Origin: Felis catus
Lineage: Eukaryota
DNA length: 64,000 nucleotides
Assembly: GCF_018350175.1 (NCBI RefSeq)
Contig: NC_058368.1
Location: 92,816,001-92,880,000 of the forward strand
Direction: 5' to 3'
Of the stretch, positions 1 to 12,792 are shown piece by piece. The position numbers and the translations under genes are program-made. Every line of letters starts with the position of its first letter. The first letter of the stretch is position 1. The notes under the pieces are model-generated. The model searched no databases and had not been told where the DNA came from. It saw only the letters and a list, made by a program, of their open reading frames with translations.

Positions 1-212
1 TTTATTTTTGTGAATGGTGTGAGAAAGTGGTCTAGTTTCAACCTTCTGCATGTTGCTGTCCAGTTCTCCCAGCACCATTTGTTAAAGAGGCTGTCTTTTT
101 TCCATTGGATGTTCTTTCCTGCTTTGTCAAAGATGAGTTGGCCATATGTTTGTGGGTCTAGTTCTGGGGTTTCTATTCTATTCCATTGGTCTATGTGTCT
201 GTTTTTGTGCCA
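1..212 (-). mobile_element. Young feline L1, 5'-truncated within ORF2; continues beyond the window start
   Basis: Reverse complement matches 43404-43615 of the intact L1 ORF2 with about 2 mismatches by eye; abuts the A-tail of the SINE at 213-411. Confidence 0.95.
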
Positions 213-411
213 TTAATTTATTTTTGAGAGAGGGAGAGACAGAGCATGAGCAGGGGAGGGGCAGAAAGAGAGGAAGATACAGAATCTGAAGCAGACTCCA
301 AGCTCTGAGCTGTTAGCACAGAGCCTGACGTGGGGCTCGAACTTGTCAACCTGGAGATCACGACCAGAGCCGAAGTCGGCCACTTAAAGGACTGAACCAC
401 ATAGGCACCAC
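213..411 (-). mobile_element. CAN-SINE (SINEC_Fc-like)
   Basis: tRNA-derived head, CT-rich region, AAAAATAAA tail. Confidence 0.92.
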
Positions 412-1384
412 TCATTGATTTTAAATCAGCTAAAAGTGGCTATAATTCTGGGAAGTTCTATCCACAATTCATATTAAACACTGCATGTCATAATTATTGG
501 GGTGGGATCTCTTCTTTACCATTATTATAATCATTTTTTAATAAGGTACCCAGATTTAATTTCATTTTGATTTTATTTCACTCTAGCTGCTGACTACATT
601 GTCAAGCAGAATGCTATCCAAAATAAATATTTGATCTATAATTTCTAATGTTGCTGCTACCACTTAAATATTTCACCAAAACTAATTAACTTCTTCTCAA
701 TAGAATTAGTCCCTCTTTTAATATAGAAATTGTAAGACTTAACTTTGATAGGAAGGATCTCAAGAGATCATGATTTCATTTTGTCTGTTGAAATTGGTTT
801 CTGAACCACTCTCGTTTCTTTGACCAAAGTATTCCTTAAATATTAAGATTTTTGTCCTCTGAGAAGGCCATTAGGTTATCATTCTGTGTTTTATACTCTG
901 CAACATTATCGATAGAATTTATAGAAAACAAATGGGTCACAGATTTAACTGGAGAAAATAAATTATGTGAACAGGGATAAGAAATTGGAGTTAATATTGT
1001 GTATTCTGAAAGCTAACAGCTTTTAATGATTAATGTCACTCTAAGTAATTTGAAGAAAAAATACTAGGGGGTGGCAGGGTTCCTGAAAATGTATCAAATT
1101 CATGATTATTATACCTTCCAAATAAAGTAGGTCTTAACCATGTTTCCAATATTTAAAATTTGTCAAACATATAGAAAGGATGAAAGAGTTTTTCAGTGAG
1201 AATTAACCCATTAATTATAAAGTTATCATTATATTAGCCTTATCCCATAAGTACCCACCATGCTTATTTCTTTATATCCATCAATTTACTGTATTTTTTA
1301 TTTCATTTTAAAGTAAATTGAAGACATCACTATAGCTCCCCACCACCATACTTTAGTATGCCTATTCATATTTTTTATGGTTCT

Positions 1385-1620
1385 TTTTTTAATTTAACAA
1401 TATTATAATTTAGTTATTTATTATTTACTTTTATGTTTATTTCTGAGAGAGAGAGCATGCACACCACATGAGTGGGAGAGGGGCAGAGAGAGAGGGAGAC
1501 AGAGGATCTGAAGCAGGCTCTGTGCAGCCCAGAGCCTGACATGGGGCTCGAACTGACAAACCGTGAGATCATGGCCTGAGTTGAAGTTGGATGCTTAACC
1601 TACTGAGCCACCCAAGGGCC
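1385..1620 (-). mobile_element. CAN-SINE
   Basis: Typical body; TSD-like GTTCTTTTTTTT on both sides. Confidence 0.9.
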
Positions 1621-2271
1621 ATAGTTCTTTTTTTTTTTTTTTAAGATTAATCTTATATTCAGTTAAATGCACAAACCTTAAGGATACCAAATGCACAATA
1701 TTTGAATGTACCATTAGATAAGTTCCAACAATGCATGTATCTCTTCAACCTAAACCCCTAATAAGATACAGAATATTACCATCACTGCAAGAAGTTCCCT
1801 CAACCCATTACTCAGCCAGTTCTCCCACAAACCCCTCAGAGACAGCCACTGATCTGAATTTGTCCTGTTCAATTTGCCAATTCTAGAACATCCTATCAAT
1901 GGAATCGTACAGTACGTACTTTTTTGTTTAACACTTCTTTCACTCAGTAAAATGTTTTTGAGATCTATAACCATGCAACTCGTATCAATACTTGGTTCCT
2001 ATTTGTTGGGTAGTATTCCTTTGTGTGAATATATCAATGTATCCATTTTCTTGTTAATGGACACTGGCCATTTCCAGTTTTTGATCCTGTGAATAAAATT
2101 GCTATGCATGCTTTCATGCAAGTCTTTTTGTGGACGTATGTTTTTCTTTTCTCTTGGGTAAATACTTAGTACTGAAGTTGCACTCATCACAGGGGTAGCT
2201 GACATCTGTCACTATACAATGTTATTCCAATACTATCCACTTTCTTATGCTGTACCTTAGATACTGAGTGC

Positions 2272-2466
2272 TTTTTTTTTTTTAATTTATTTTTGAGGGA
2301 GAGGATGAGAGTGGAGGAGGGGCAGAGAGAGACAGGGACAGAGGATCCAAAGCAAGCTCTATACTGAAAGCGGTGAACCTGATGCTGGGTTTTGAACTCA
2401 TGGATCATGAGATCATGACCTGAGCTGAAGTCAGATGCTCAACTGACTGAGCCACCCAGGCGCCCC
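2272..2466 (-). mobile_element. CAN-SINE
   Basis: TSD AGATACTGAGTGCTTTT. Confidence 0.92.
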
Positions 2467-2859
2467 AGATACTGAGTGCTTTTAAATATGTTTGTCAGCT
2501 ACTTGTTTTCTTACTTTGTGAAGTCTTCACAAATAGTTTGCCTTTTTTGTTGTTGTTGTTAGAGTGCTTATTTTTTTATTATTGAGTTGTAGTTCTTTTA
2601 TGTTCTGGATAGCTGTCATTTGTGCATTTATTTACCTTTGTGCAAAGAGTGTATGCATTTTGCTAGTGATATCCTTTGTTGAGCCAAAATTTCTTAATTT
2701 TGATAAAGTCCAATTTATCAATGTTTTCCTTTATAACTATTGCTTTCTGTTTCCTGTTTATGAAATCTTTGCTTACCTTTAAGTTTCAAAGACCTTCTGT
2801 GTTTTCTTCCAAAATCTCTATGGCTTTTATGTTCAGATCTATGATCCACCTCAAATTAA

Positions 2860-2861
<2 letters not shown>

Positions 2862-2911
<50 letters not shown>

Positions 2912-2912
2912 T
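2862..2912. repeat. (TG)n microsatellite
   Basis: Seen directly. Confidence 0.95.
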
Positions 2913-3334
2913 GGTGTGGGGTCAGGTCTTCTGTTCTTTTTTTAAAAGTATGCATATCCATTTATTATAGGACCCTTGATTGAAGATAATCTTTCCCCCC
3001 TTTGACGTACTTTGGCATCATTGTTAAAGATCAAATGGCCTTAGAGGTGTGGGTCTACCTAGGAGTTCTTTATTTTGTTTCATTGGTCTACTTTCTAAAT
3101 GTGTCTGTTGATCTGTCTTTGTTTTATAGTAATCAGGTGGTGTAACTTCTTCAACATCACTCTTTTGTAACTATATTACTATGGATTCATGGTTCTTTAT
3201 ATTTCTGTATAAAATCAGAATGATCTCTTTAATTTCACAAAAATCACTGCAAGATTGTGATGAAACTCCAGTGATTCTGTAGGGAACGAGTTATGTCTTT
3301 ACAATATTGAGACTTTAAAAATTACATATTTCTT

Positions 3335-3538
3335 GGGGTACCTTGGTGGCTCAGTTGGCTGCTCTTGATTTCAGCTCAGGTCATGCTCTTGTGGTTTGTG
3401 AGTTTGAGCCCCGCATTGGGCTCACTGCTGTCAGCACAGAGCCCTCTTCGGATCCTCTGTCCCCCTGCCCCGTCTCTGCCTCTCCCCCACTTGCATGCAC
3501 TCTCTCTCTCGCAAATAAAAAATAAACATTAAAAAAAA
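3335..3538 (+). mobile_element. CAN-SINE
   Basis: TSD AAAATTACATA. Confidence 0.9.
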
Positions 3539-4184
3539 TTACATAATTTTTATTTCTTTTGGTTTTCCTTAATTTCTTAGAGGAATATTTTATTGTTTTG
3601 AGTGTAGAGGATTTTCATGCTCTTTTTAAAATTTATTCCTAAATATTTTGTTTTTTTGCACAATTGTAAAAAATTATTTTTCGAACCTCATTTCTGACTG
3701 CTAGCTATTAACATATAAGTGATTTTTTTATATTAGCCTTGTGTCTCCCAACCTTGCTAAATTCACTGATTAGTTTCTAGTAGTTTTTTTTCAATTCTGT
3801 AGGATTGTCTACATAAACAGTTATGCCATTTGCACGTGGTAACACAAGTGATGGTTATGACTTTTATTCATTTTTCTTAACTTATTCCAATGGTTACAAC
3901 TTTCAGTGCAATGTTGAATAGAAGTTTTGAGATGGGGTGTTATTTTCTTGTTCCATAACTTAGGGGGAAAGCATTAATACTTCGTAACAAAACATAATGT
4001 CAGCTGTAGGTTTTTTTGTAGATAATGCGAACCTCTCTTTTTTTTCTTGGTTCATTGAGACTATTGTATTTTTAACTATGTTGAATTTAGTGAAATATTT
4101 TTTTCTGCGTCCGTTGGAATGTTCATAACATTTTTCTCATTGATTATATTAATAGAATGAATCACAATGGTTTCTTTTCTTTCT

Positions 4185-4238
4185 TTTTTTAAAAATTTTA
4201 TTTCATGTTTATTTATTTTTGAGAGAGAGAGAGGGAGT

Positions 4239-4269
<31 letters not shown>

Positions 4270-4434
4270 CAAGCAGGGAAGGGACAAGGAGAGAGGGAGA
4301 CACAGAATCTGAAGCAGGCTCCAGGCTCTGAGCTGTCAGCACAAAGCATGACATGGGGCTTGAACTCATGGACTGTGAGATCATGACCTGAGCCAAAGTC
4401 GGATGTTTAACTGACTGAGCCACCAAGGTGCCCC
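4185..4434 (-). mobile_element. CAN-SINE
   Basis: Full body with (GA)n. Confidence 0.92.
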
Positions 4435-4766
4435 TAGACTAGCTAGGTGGTTTTATATTTTGTTGATCTTTCAGAAAACTAACTGTTAGGTTTTTAAACT
4501 TTTTCTGTTGTTTGCTTATTTTCCATGTCATTGATTTTTTTTTTTTTTTTGAAAATCTGCTCTGTACTTTCTTCCTTCTATTTTGAATTTTCTTTGCTCT
4601 TCTTAGAGATTTTGAAGGTGAAAAAAATAGGTCATTGATTTTAAACTTGTTTTTCTTTTCTAATGTAAGAATTAAGTACCGTAAAAGTATGATAACATGA
4701 CAGAGGATATACCCCTTAGTAATGATGGAATTAAGTCTCATCCATGGTCTAAAAACTTTCAGTCCA

Positions 4767-5017
4767 GGGGCACCTGGGTGGCTCAGTTGGTTAAGCATCT
4801 AACTTAGGCTCACATCATGATCTCACAGCTCATGAGTTCGAGCCCCACGTCAGGCTCTGTGGTGAAAGTTCAGCCTGGAATCTGCTTTGGATTCTGTGTC
4901 TCCCTCTCTCTCTGCCCCTCCCCCTCTCACGCAGGCACATGTGTGCTCTCTCTCTCTCTCTCTCTTCTTCAAAAATAAACAAACATTAAATAAATAAGTA
5001 AGTAAGTAAGTAAGTAA
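4767..5017 (+). mobile_element. CAN-SINE with (TAAG)n tail
   Basis: GGGGCACCTGGGTGGCTCAG head; TSD TTCAGTC. Confidence 0.92.
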
Positions 5018-5431
5018 ATGCCTTCAGTCTAGTGTTCCTTCCACTGGATTTCAGCTCACTTCTCCTTCCCTGTCCTTACAGCTACAGCCTTCTAAGTTAC
5101 TTAGATGTTTCACTTTGCTCCTAAGGATTGTGAAAGCTGAAGAGCTCATCTTTACTCAAAGGGCTCAGAGTACCATTGTGTTTTCAAGACTTTGCTTAGC
5201 TGATACATAAATACTATAGACCACTGGGACTGCCCGGAGCCTTTGGCAATGCTTTGATTGGTGAGGAATTCAAAAGTGATTTTGTAATTGGTAAAATCCA
5301 AAAATGTTATCAGATTGGGAACAGTGTTGATAAATTCTTGGCAATTCCAGGCAAATAAAGCAACTCAGGCAGATCAAAACATTATAAGAAGATAGACAAA
5401 AAGAAAAAAAAAATGTTTGGAACGGAAAGAT

Positions 5432-5644
5432 GTTTTTTTTTTAATTTTTAAATTAAAAAAAGTTTATTTATTTTTAAGAGAGAGTGAGCGAGTGCAGGAG
5501 GGGGAGGGACAGAGAGCAAGAGGGAAACACAGAATCTGTGTCCAGGCTCTGAGCTGTCAGCACAGGGCTGGGCTTGAACCCACGAACCATGGGTGACGTG
5601 AGCTGAAGTCAGATGCTTAACCGACTGAGCTACCCAGGAGTCCC
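5432..5644 (-). mobile_element. CAN-SINE
   Basis: Typical body. Confidence 0.9.
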
Positions 5645-6285
5645 TGAAAGGCGTTTTGATTGCAAATTCTACAATTTAAATTAACTATATTCCATTTTTT
5701 TCAGAATTTTTGAGAAAAGTTTGTAATGCCCGATATGAGTTATACTTTAGTATAGTATGGTTCTCTGTGGTGACATTTGTTAAGAATGCTTGCTTATATT
5801 TAAGGATATATACTGATATTTTGAAAATTAGGTCATAATAACTTGCTACTGAAGTGCTAGTATTCCCTTTTGTCTTAGGATGAACTGAGCTCAATGACCC
5901 AAGATGCTCACCACTCTCTTGGCATAAGATAAACATTCAAATAATGTTAGTTACTTACCCCTTTTCTCCTTACCAGATTAACCAAAACTTCTGAGATTTC
6001 ATATTATCCCTAAAGTGATTCCTTTTGGATTTGTTTTGTAACAGGTATAATATTCATTGTGTGTAAGTTTTCTTGGTCACATGTCTGTGCATTCGTTAGC
6101 AATCATTTTAATGTCTTGTTTATAAAAATTTTTTAATTATAAGGAACCATAAATCTTCTTGCATTTAGTAAAGCCATTTTCAGCTTTTAAGTGCTGCAAC
6201 ATAAGCCTTTATTTCAGTTTTTAGAAAGATGGTTGATTGTTGGCAAATAAGCATGGCTGTTAATTCTCATGAGCATCTCATACTA

Positions 6286-6506
6286 TTTTTTTTTAATTTT
6301 TTTAATGTTTATTTATTTTTGAGACAATGCAAGAGACAGAGTGCAAGCAGTGGAGGGGCAGACAGAGGGAGACACAGAATCTGAAGTGGGCTCCAGGCTC
6401 TGAGCTGTCACCCCAGAGCCCGATGTGGGGCTCAAACTCACAAACCGTGAGATCAGGACCTGAGCCGAAGTCGGACGCCTAACCAACTGAGCCACTCAGG
6501 TGCCCC
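6286..6506 (-). mobile_element. CAN-SINE
   Basis: TSD AGCATCTCATACTATTTT. Confidence 0.92.
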
Positions 6507-6564
6507 AGCATCTCATACTATTTTCTAGGTGATTCAGATCGCTGAAGTTTAAAAGGGAAAAAGG

Positions 6565-6773
6565 AGGGCACCTGGGTGGCTCAGTAGGTTAAGTGTCCGA
6601 CTCTTAATCTTGGCTCAGGTTGTGATCTTATAGTTTGTGGGCTGGAGCCCCACGTCAGGCTTTGTGCTGAGCTTGGAGCCTGGATTCCTGCTTGGAATTA
6701 TGTGTCTCCCTCTCTCTCTGCCCCTCCCCCCCCCACATGCTCTTTTTCTCTCTTTCAAAAATAAATAAACATT

Positions 6774-6824
<51 letters not shown>

Positions 6825-6890
6825 GAAGAAAGGAAGAAAGGAAGAAAGGAAGAAAGGAAGAAAGGAAGAAAGGAAGAAAGAAAAAGAAAA
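6565..6890 (+). mobile_element. CAN-SINE whose tail expanded to (GAAA)n/(GGAAGAAA)n
   Basis: Head at about 6565; purine repeat 6775-6885. Confidence 0.92.
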
Positions 6891-6903
6891 AGGGAATAAG
6901 GAA

Positions 6904-7030
6904 GGGTGCCTGGGTGGCTCAGTCAGTGAAGCGTCCGACTCTTGATCTCAGTGCAGAGCTTGCTTGGGATTCTCTCTCTTCCTCTTTCTCTGCCCCTCCC
7001 CCACTCATACTCTTAAAATAAACATTTTTT
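6904..7030 (+). mobile_element. Internally deleted CAN-SINE
   Basis: Head and tail present, middle missing; flanked by AAAAGGGAAWAAGGA. Confidence 0.85.
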
Positions 7031-7795
7031 TAAAAAGGGAAAAAGGAAAGGGGGTGGGGCAGATTTGAAACAAGGGGAAAAGCACAGGACCAGGAGTAAG
7101 TAGAAATAAGTCCAAGGTGTGCTCTGCCATTACCTACATGGATGTGCCCCCATGCAAGTTATTTAACTCTTTTTGGCCTAAATTGAGTCTTCCAAAACAA
7201 ATTAAAGCTAACCACAATTCCCAAATCTGAGATTCTATTCATCCTTATATGTGGATATTATTATAGACCAAGATTATGCTCATCTTGAAAAATAAGATCA
7301 TGATTGATTCAGTGAGGAGATGAGACTTGGGTTTTATCCATCAACAAAACTTCGACGATTGCTCTGCGACAAAACTTAGACGATTGCTCTGAGTTCAAGG
7401 AATTTCACCAAGAGCAAGAAGGGGCCAATGTGAATCAGGTGCTTATCAGCTGATTTGGGTAAAACTTTTCGGTTTGACCTGGTAGAAGACCTGAGAACAG
7501 GCTCAAACAGAATGATGACTTCATTACAACAACAGTTGAAAATTTTGATTGGCAGGTGATAGTTCAGATGAACTTGGTAGCTGCGGCCTACATTTTTAGG
7601 GCAGAATGAGCATAACCTGATTGATACTATTCTCTTCTGTGTACTTTTCACGTTGTTAAGTAATTATTCAGTTTACTTCCTCTTTCATTTGATTGAAAAA
7701 TTGTGTGATTTCTGCTTTCTTAAATGTCATCTCTTATTGGAAAATTATGGTTTAGTTTTGTGACCAACTGTACTAAATAAGTACATGTTTATAAA

Positions 7796-7824
<29 letters not shown>
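7796..7824. repeat. (TG)n microsatellite
   Basis: Seen directly. Confidence 0.95.
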
Positions 7825-7826
<2 letters not shown>

Positions 7827-8635
7827 CTGTTGCCTAGGAATTTGGTATCATTAGATAATCCTGGTCATTTGGCTACAGTATGGTAATCTGAGAAAATTTG
7901 GGTGAAAAACTTCTGGATTGTAGTTGACAGTACTTGATAGTAGAAAATATATTTTGCACATATTAGCTCATTAGAAATTGGAATAAAAAGTTGAGAAAAG
8001 GGGCTAAAAACAGTCCCTGAGAGAAAAATAAAGTCAGGTTTTCTGGTCAATATGAAAGAGTGAGCTGAAACCAGAAATGTCACTCCTGTTCCAGACACAT
8101 CAGAGGCTGGATACAATATAACAGCAAGTCAGTCAGTCAATCAATCAATCAATATGAATTCAAAAGCCAGAAAAAAAAGATCCCAGAAACAAAAGTTGAT
8201 GCAAAGCCAGGAAGATGCCTGTGTGCACAGGAAGTTCACAAGTATAATTATACTGGTCTTAGAATATACGGTAAAAGTTTATGACAGTAATTTTGAAAGC
8301 ACAAATGAAATGGACAATTTATTGGGAAACTACGCATGATAAAAATTGACTTAAACTACAAGCACTAAAGATTTGTGAATCCGTTGCCCTTTTCTCTCCC
8401 CCCTCATCAAGACACCGGGTGCAGGTGGTGTTACAGAATATAGTAAAACAGTCCTTCAGTGGACAGGTGGTTTTTATTTTGTGCAAAGTGTCAGAGAGAA
8501 AGAAGCTGAAACTACCATTTATAACCATTTATAAAGCCAGTACAACCTTAATACCAAACTTGATAAGGAAATAAAATCACAAGACAGTCTCCATGTTAAC
8601 GTTGAGGTAGAAGTTCTAAGTAAGGTGTTACTTCA

Positions 8636-8757
8636 GAGACACCTGGGCGGCTCAATCGGTTAAGTGTCTGACTCTTGATTTTGGCTCAGGTCATGACCTC
8701 ATGATTGTGAGATCAAGCCTGCATGGGGTTCCATGCCAAGTGTGGAACCTGCTTAAG

Positions 8758-8811
<54 letters not shown>

Positions 8812-8846
8812 CTTCTCCCCTGTTGTGTTCTCTCTCAAAAAAAAAA
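8636..8846 (+). mobile_element. CAN-SINE with long (CT)n
   Basis: Head and (CT)n at 8760-8807. Confidence 0.88.
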
Positions 8847-8869
8847 CTTTGCTTCATCCAAACTAAAAA

Positions 8870-9010
8870 TGTTTGTTTGTTTATTTGAGAGAGCATGAGC
8901 AGAGGACAGGGGCAGAGGGAGAGAGAGAGAATTTTCAGTAGATTCCATGCCGAGTGCAGAGCCCAGTGCTGGGCTTGAGCCCCTTGACCCCTGAGATCAT
9001 GACCTGAGTC
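8870..9010 (-). mobile_element. 5'-truncated CAN-SINE
   Basis: TSD CAAACTAAAAATGTTT. Confidence 0.85.
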
Positions 9011-9031
9011 AAACTAAAAATGTTTAAAATT

Positions 9032-9135
9032 GGGGTCCCTGGCTGGCTCAGTCAGAAGAGCATGGGATTCTTGATCTCAAGGTCATGAGTTTGAGCCCCA
9101 TATTGGGTGTAGAGATTACTTAAATAAATTTAAAA
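9032..9135 (+). mobile_element. Short older CAN-SINE type without CT region
   Basis: GGCTGGCTCAGTCAGAAGAGCAT...GGGTGTAGAGATTACTTAAATAAA; TSD ATGTTTAAAATTG. Confidence 0.88.
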
Positions 9136-9232
9136 CATGTTTAAAATTGAACATATATCATCATCAATTAGGGTTCGGGTCAGGAAGGCAGAAGTGATTT
9201 AACATTAGAAAAATCTATTAATGTTATAAATT

Positions 9233-9443
9233 AAAAAAAAATTTAGCATTTATTTTTGAGAGAGCAAGACAGAGCAGCAGGGGAGGAGCAGAGAGAAAAA
9301 GGGGAGAGACACAGACTCCGAACCAAGCTCCAGGCTCCGAGCTGTCAGCACAGAGCCCGACACAGGGCCCGAATTCACGGACCATGAGATCATGGCCTAA
9401 GCCAAAGTTGGATGCTTAACTGACTAAGCCACCCAGGCACCCC
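9233..9443 (-). mobile_element. CAN-SINE
   Basis: TSD TAATGTTATAAATT. Confidence 0.9.
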
Positions 9444-9539
9444 TAATGTTATAAATTTTTAACATTTATGTTTATTAATTGTATCTTGAATGACCTATGA
9501 GATATTCTAGATGAGAGACAGATTTATTTTTTATCACCT

Positions 9540-10010
9540 TGTAGTAAATGATAAGGGCACACTTCTCCTTTCCTTTTCACCCCTTGGGTAACACAGTAAA
9601 AACCAGGTGGAGGAACCTTTTCCACAAATAGCCTGGATACTTGATAGGTGAGGGATGGAGAACAATGGGTTTATTTTATTTATATATAGAAGAGAGGTGG
9701 CCACTCTCCTCCCCTCAAGCGAGAAAAGAAATACATTTTTTTACTCATTTGAAGGGGATAGAAAGGATCCTGGATTCTCAGTCTTACCTTTGAAATGCAA
9801 ATACGTCTTTCCAGGGGTAGTAGAAATGGCTGGTGTTTCTTGTTTTTAAGACCTAGAAATATGTGTGCTCAAGGTCTGGCATTCATACCATTTGAAATGT
9901 AAATAGTTAGGGTGATAGAGGCCCCGTCTTCCTGGTATAATGGGGCTTAACTTAGGGACTCAGTCCAGGCTATAATCACTTGGCCCTCTTAATTCTTTCA
10001 GATCACAGCA
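9540..10010 (-). mobile_element. Possible ERV1-class solo LTR (MER34/39-like)
   Basis: Repeated TTTGAAATGYAAATA motif and TG...CA-like ends; family assignment from memory only. Confidence 0.35.
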
Positions 10011-10164
10011 ATGAACTAGACAAATGTCTGCAGACCTATTTCTTAGAGCATGTTTCTAGGGGCACTGAAGGCAAACATTATCTTTACATCATATACATTC
10101 TTCATGTGTCTCAGAAGGATAGGACATTGATAATAGGCCAGTATTAAAGTCTTATTAGAAGTCT

Positions 10165-10880
10165 TTTTATTGATTTATTTTTTAAAAATTTATATTCAAG
10201 TTAGCATATAGTGCAATAATGATTTCAGGAGTAGAATCCAGTGATTCATCCCCTACATATAACACCCAGGGCTACATATAACATCCCAACAAGTGTCCTC
10301 CTTAATGCCCCTTACCCATTTAGCTCACCCCCCACCCACAACCCTCCAGCAACCCGTAGTTCATTCTCTGTATTTAAGAATCTCTTCTGTTTTGTCCCCC
10401 TCCCTGTTTTTATATTATTTTTGCTTCCCTTCCCCTATGTTCATCTGTTTTGTGTCTTAAATTCCACATATGAGTGAAATCATATGATAGTTGTCTTTCT
10501 CTGCCTAATTTCACTTAGCATAATACCCTCTAGTTTTATCCACGTTGTTGTAAATGGCAAGATTTCATTCTTTTTGATTGCTGAGTTATACTCTATTGTA
10601 TATATACCACAACTTCTTTATCCATTCATCCATCAATGGACATTTGGGCTCTTTCCATACTTTGGCTATTGTGGATAGTGCTGCTATAAACATGGGGGTG
10701 CATGTGCCCCTTCGAAACAGTATCCCTGTATCCCTTGGATAAATACCTAGTAGTGCAACTGCTGGGTTGTAGGGTAGTTCTATTTTCAGTTTTATGAGGA
10801 ACCTCCATACTGGTTTCTAGAGTGGCTGCAATAGTTTGCATTCCCACCGGCAGTGCGAAAGAGTTCCCCTTCTCTGCATG
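10165..10880 (-). mobile_element. Carnivore L1 3' end (3'UTR plus ORF2 C-terminus), 5'-truncated
   Basis: Homologous to the 3' end of the young L1 at about 44150-44790. Confidence 0.9.
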
Positions 10881-11474
10881 TGTTGTTACAAGTCTTAATG
10901 CAAACAGATAAGAATAGTAAAAATGTATAAGGGTAGGAAAACAGAGCAACAGTCCTGGTATATACTGCAGTCTAAACAGCCGGTACACAGAACATTCAGG
11001 GTACCACTCAAATAAGTTATTAACAATAACAAAAAATTCAAGCAAGCATGTTGAATGCAAGATCCATATACAAGACCTGACAGGATCCTGTGCAGTAACA
11101 AATTAAAAATGAATTTGTAAAATACAATTTCATCCGTAATAGTGAAAAAAACTGGTAACTAGGAATAGATCTAATAGAAACCTGTATTAAGTTCCTCATG
11201 TGGAAAATTAGAATATTTAATTGGAAAAATAAAAGAAGACTCAAAGAGGGGGGATAGAAGCTAATCATGGAAGTCAAATCCAGTATTATTAAAATTTCTA
11301 TTCTCCTAAATCTGTGATCTGAGTGCATTTCTGATTGAAATCCCCCAGGGTATCTTTGAGGAATTTGTAAAGCTGATTCCAAAAGTCACATGAAAGAGGG
11401 AAGGTCTGAGGAAGGGAAGAAAAACTTTGAAAAGATGAAGAAAACTTGCAGTATCAAAAATCAGAAAGTAATAT

Positions 11475-11971
11475 ACACGTAAGGTTCTCCAGGGAAATGG
11501 AACTGGTAGGGGAAGGAGGAGAGGGAGGATGGGAGAGATTTTGATTGGTTGAGATTGAACATAATGAATTCGCTCCCATGATAATGGAGGCTGAGATGTG
11601 CCACAATCTGCAGTCAGCAAGCTGAAGACCCAGGAAAGTCAGTGGGATGGCTCCATTTTGCTTCCAAAGGCCTAAGAACTAAGAGAGCAGATGATATGAA
11701 TTCCAGCCTGAGTGCAGAAAACCAATGTCCCAGCTCAACAGCCCTTCTTATAAGAAGTTCTTCTTATTCAGCCTTTTTGTTCTATTCAAGTCTTCACCTG
11801 ATTAGGTCAGAACCATGCATGTTAGAAAGGGCTTCTGCTTCACGCAGTGTCCAGATTCACATGTTCATCTTGGCCAGTAACGCTATCACAGACTCATCTG
11901 GAATAATGTTTGACCAGTTATCTGAGTACCCCATGGTCCAGTGAAACTGACACATAAAGTTAACCATTACA
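11475..11971 (-). mobile_element. MLT2 (ERVL) solo LTR, MLT2B-like
   Basis: GGTTCTCCAG...AGCAAGCTGAAGACCCAGG...GACACATAAAGTTAACCATTACA, characteristic of MLT2. Confidence 0.85.
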
Positions 11972-12130
11972 GTAGCTAACTCATGTATTTTACTCGTTCC
12001 ATTCCAGACACTATTCTAAGCACTCTGCATATGTTAATTTACTTAATTTTCACAGTAACTGATGAAATAGGTATGATTTTATCTCCTCTTTATCAATGAA
12101 ACTAGGGCTCCCTGAGGTTAGGAACTTGAA
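11972..12130 (-). mobile_element. MIR
   Basis: CCAGACACTATTCTAAGCACT...GAGGTTAGGAACTTG MIR core. Confidence 0.7.
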
Positions 12131-12792
12131 TGTTTATCCCAGTGGTGTGAATTGGAGAGCCAGGAAACAGCCACACATACATGGAACCTTGGAATATGAT
12201 AAAGACAAGCACTGCGAATCCACTGAGATAAGGTGTTATTGCGATGATTGCTTATCTTTAATAAAAAGCCACTATTTTAGCTCAGAGCACACACCAAAAT
12301 AAGTTTCAGATGAACTAGAGATCTCAAAGTGAAAAACAAGCGTTCAGAAACTTAACCAAAATGCGTAGAAGAATATCTAACATCACAGTAGGGAGGGAAT
12401 TCTCTAAGACGATACCAAAAAAAAAAAAAAGAAAAAAAAAAAAAGACCAAGATCGATAGCCTACATCAAAATGTAAGATGTCTGTAGCCACTGCGCCTCA
12501 ACCAGTAGCTTGTTCCCTGCCATGCACTGCTAATCACTTTAATATATTAACTAAATCAATCCTCACAAAACAGACTGAAGAGTTACATTCCTTATGATGT
12601 AGCAATCCTGCTTCCGTGAAGATACAAGAGAATTTTGTATCTCTCCATGGCCGCTCTGTTGCAATCACCAAGATTGAAAGCACCCTCACCATACCCTCAG
12701 GAATCAAATTGATGAATAGATAAATAAGTGGTGGCATGTTCATATAATTGACGTTTTTAAGAGTAATAAGCTGAATGTTCATATAATTGAAG

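Larger units (their letters stand above)
1640..4680 (-). mobile_element. Old degenerate L1 (L1M class), 3'UTR into ORF2, split by SINEs
   Basis: Decayed L1 motifs such as GTGCAATGTTGAATAGAAG and TAGGGGGAAAGCATT; ORF 1750-1974 resembles translated L1 3' end. Confidence 0.75.
8280..12480 (+). mobile_element. Very old fragmented L1 ORF2, with pieces at about 8280-8630, 9150-9230, 10880-11470 and 12140-12480
   Basis: Decayed ORF2 motifs in collinear order (NEMD.., [27 protein letters not shown]); interrupted by later insertions. Confidence 0.65.
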
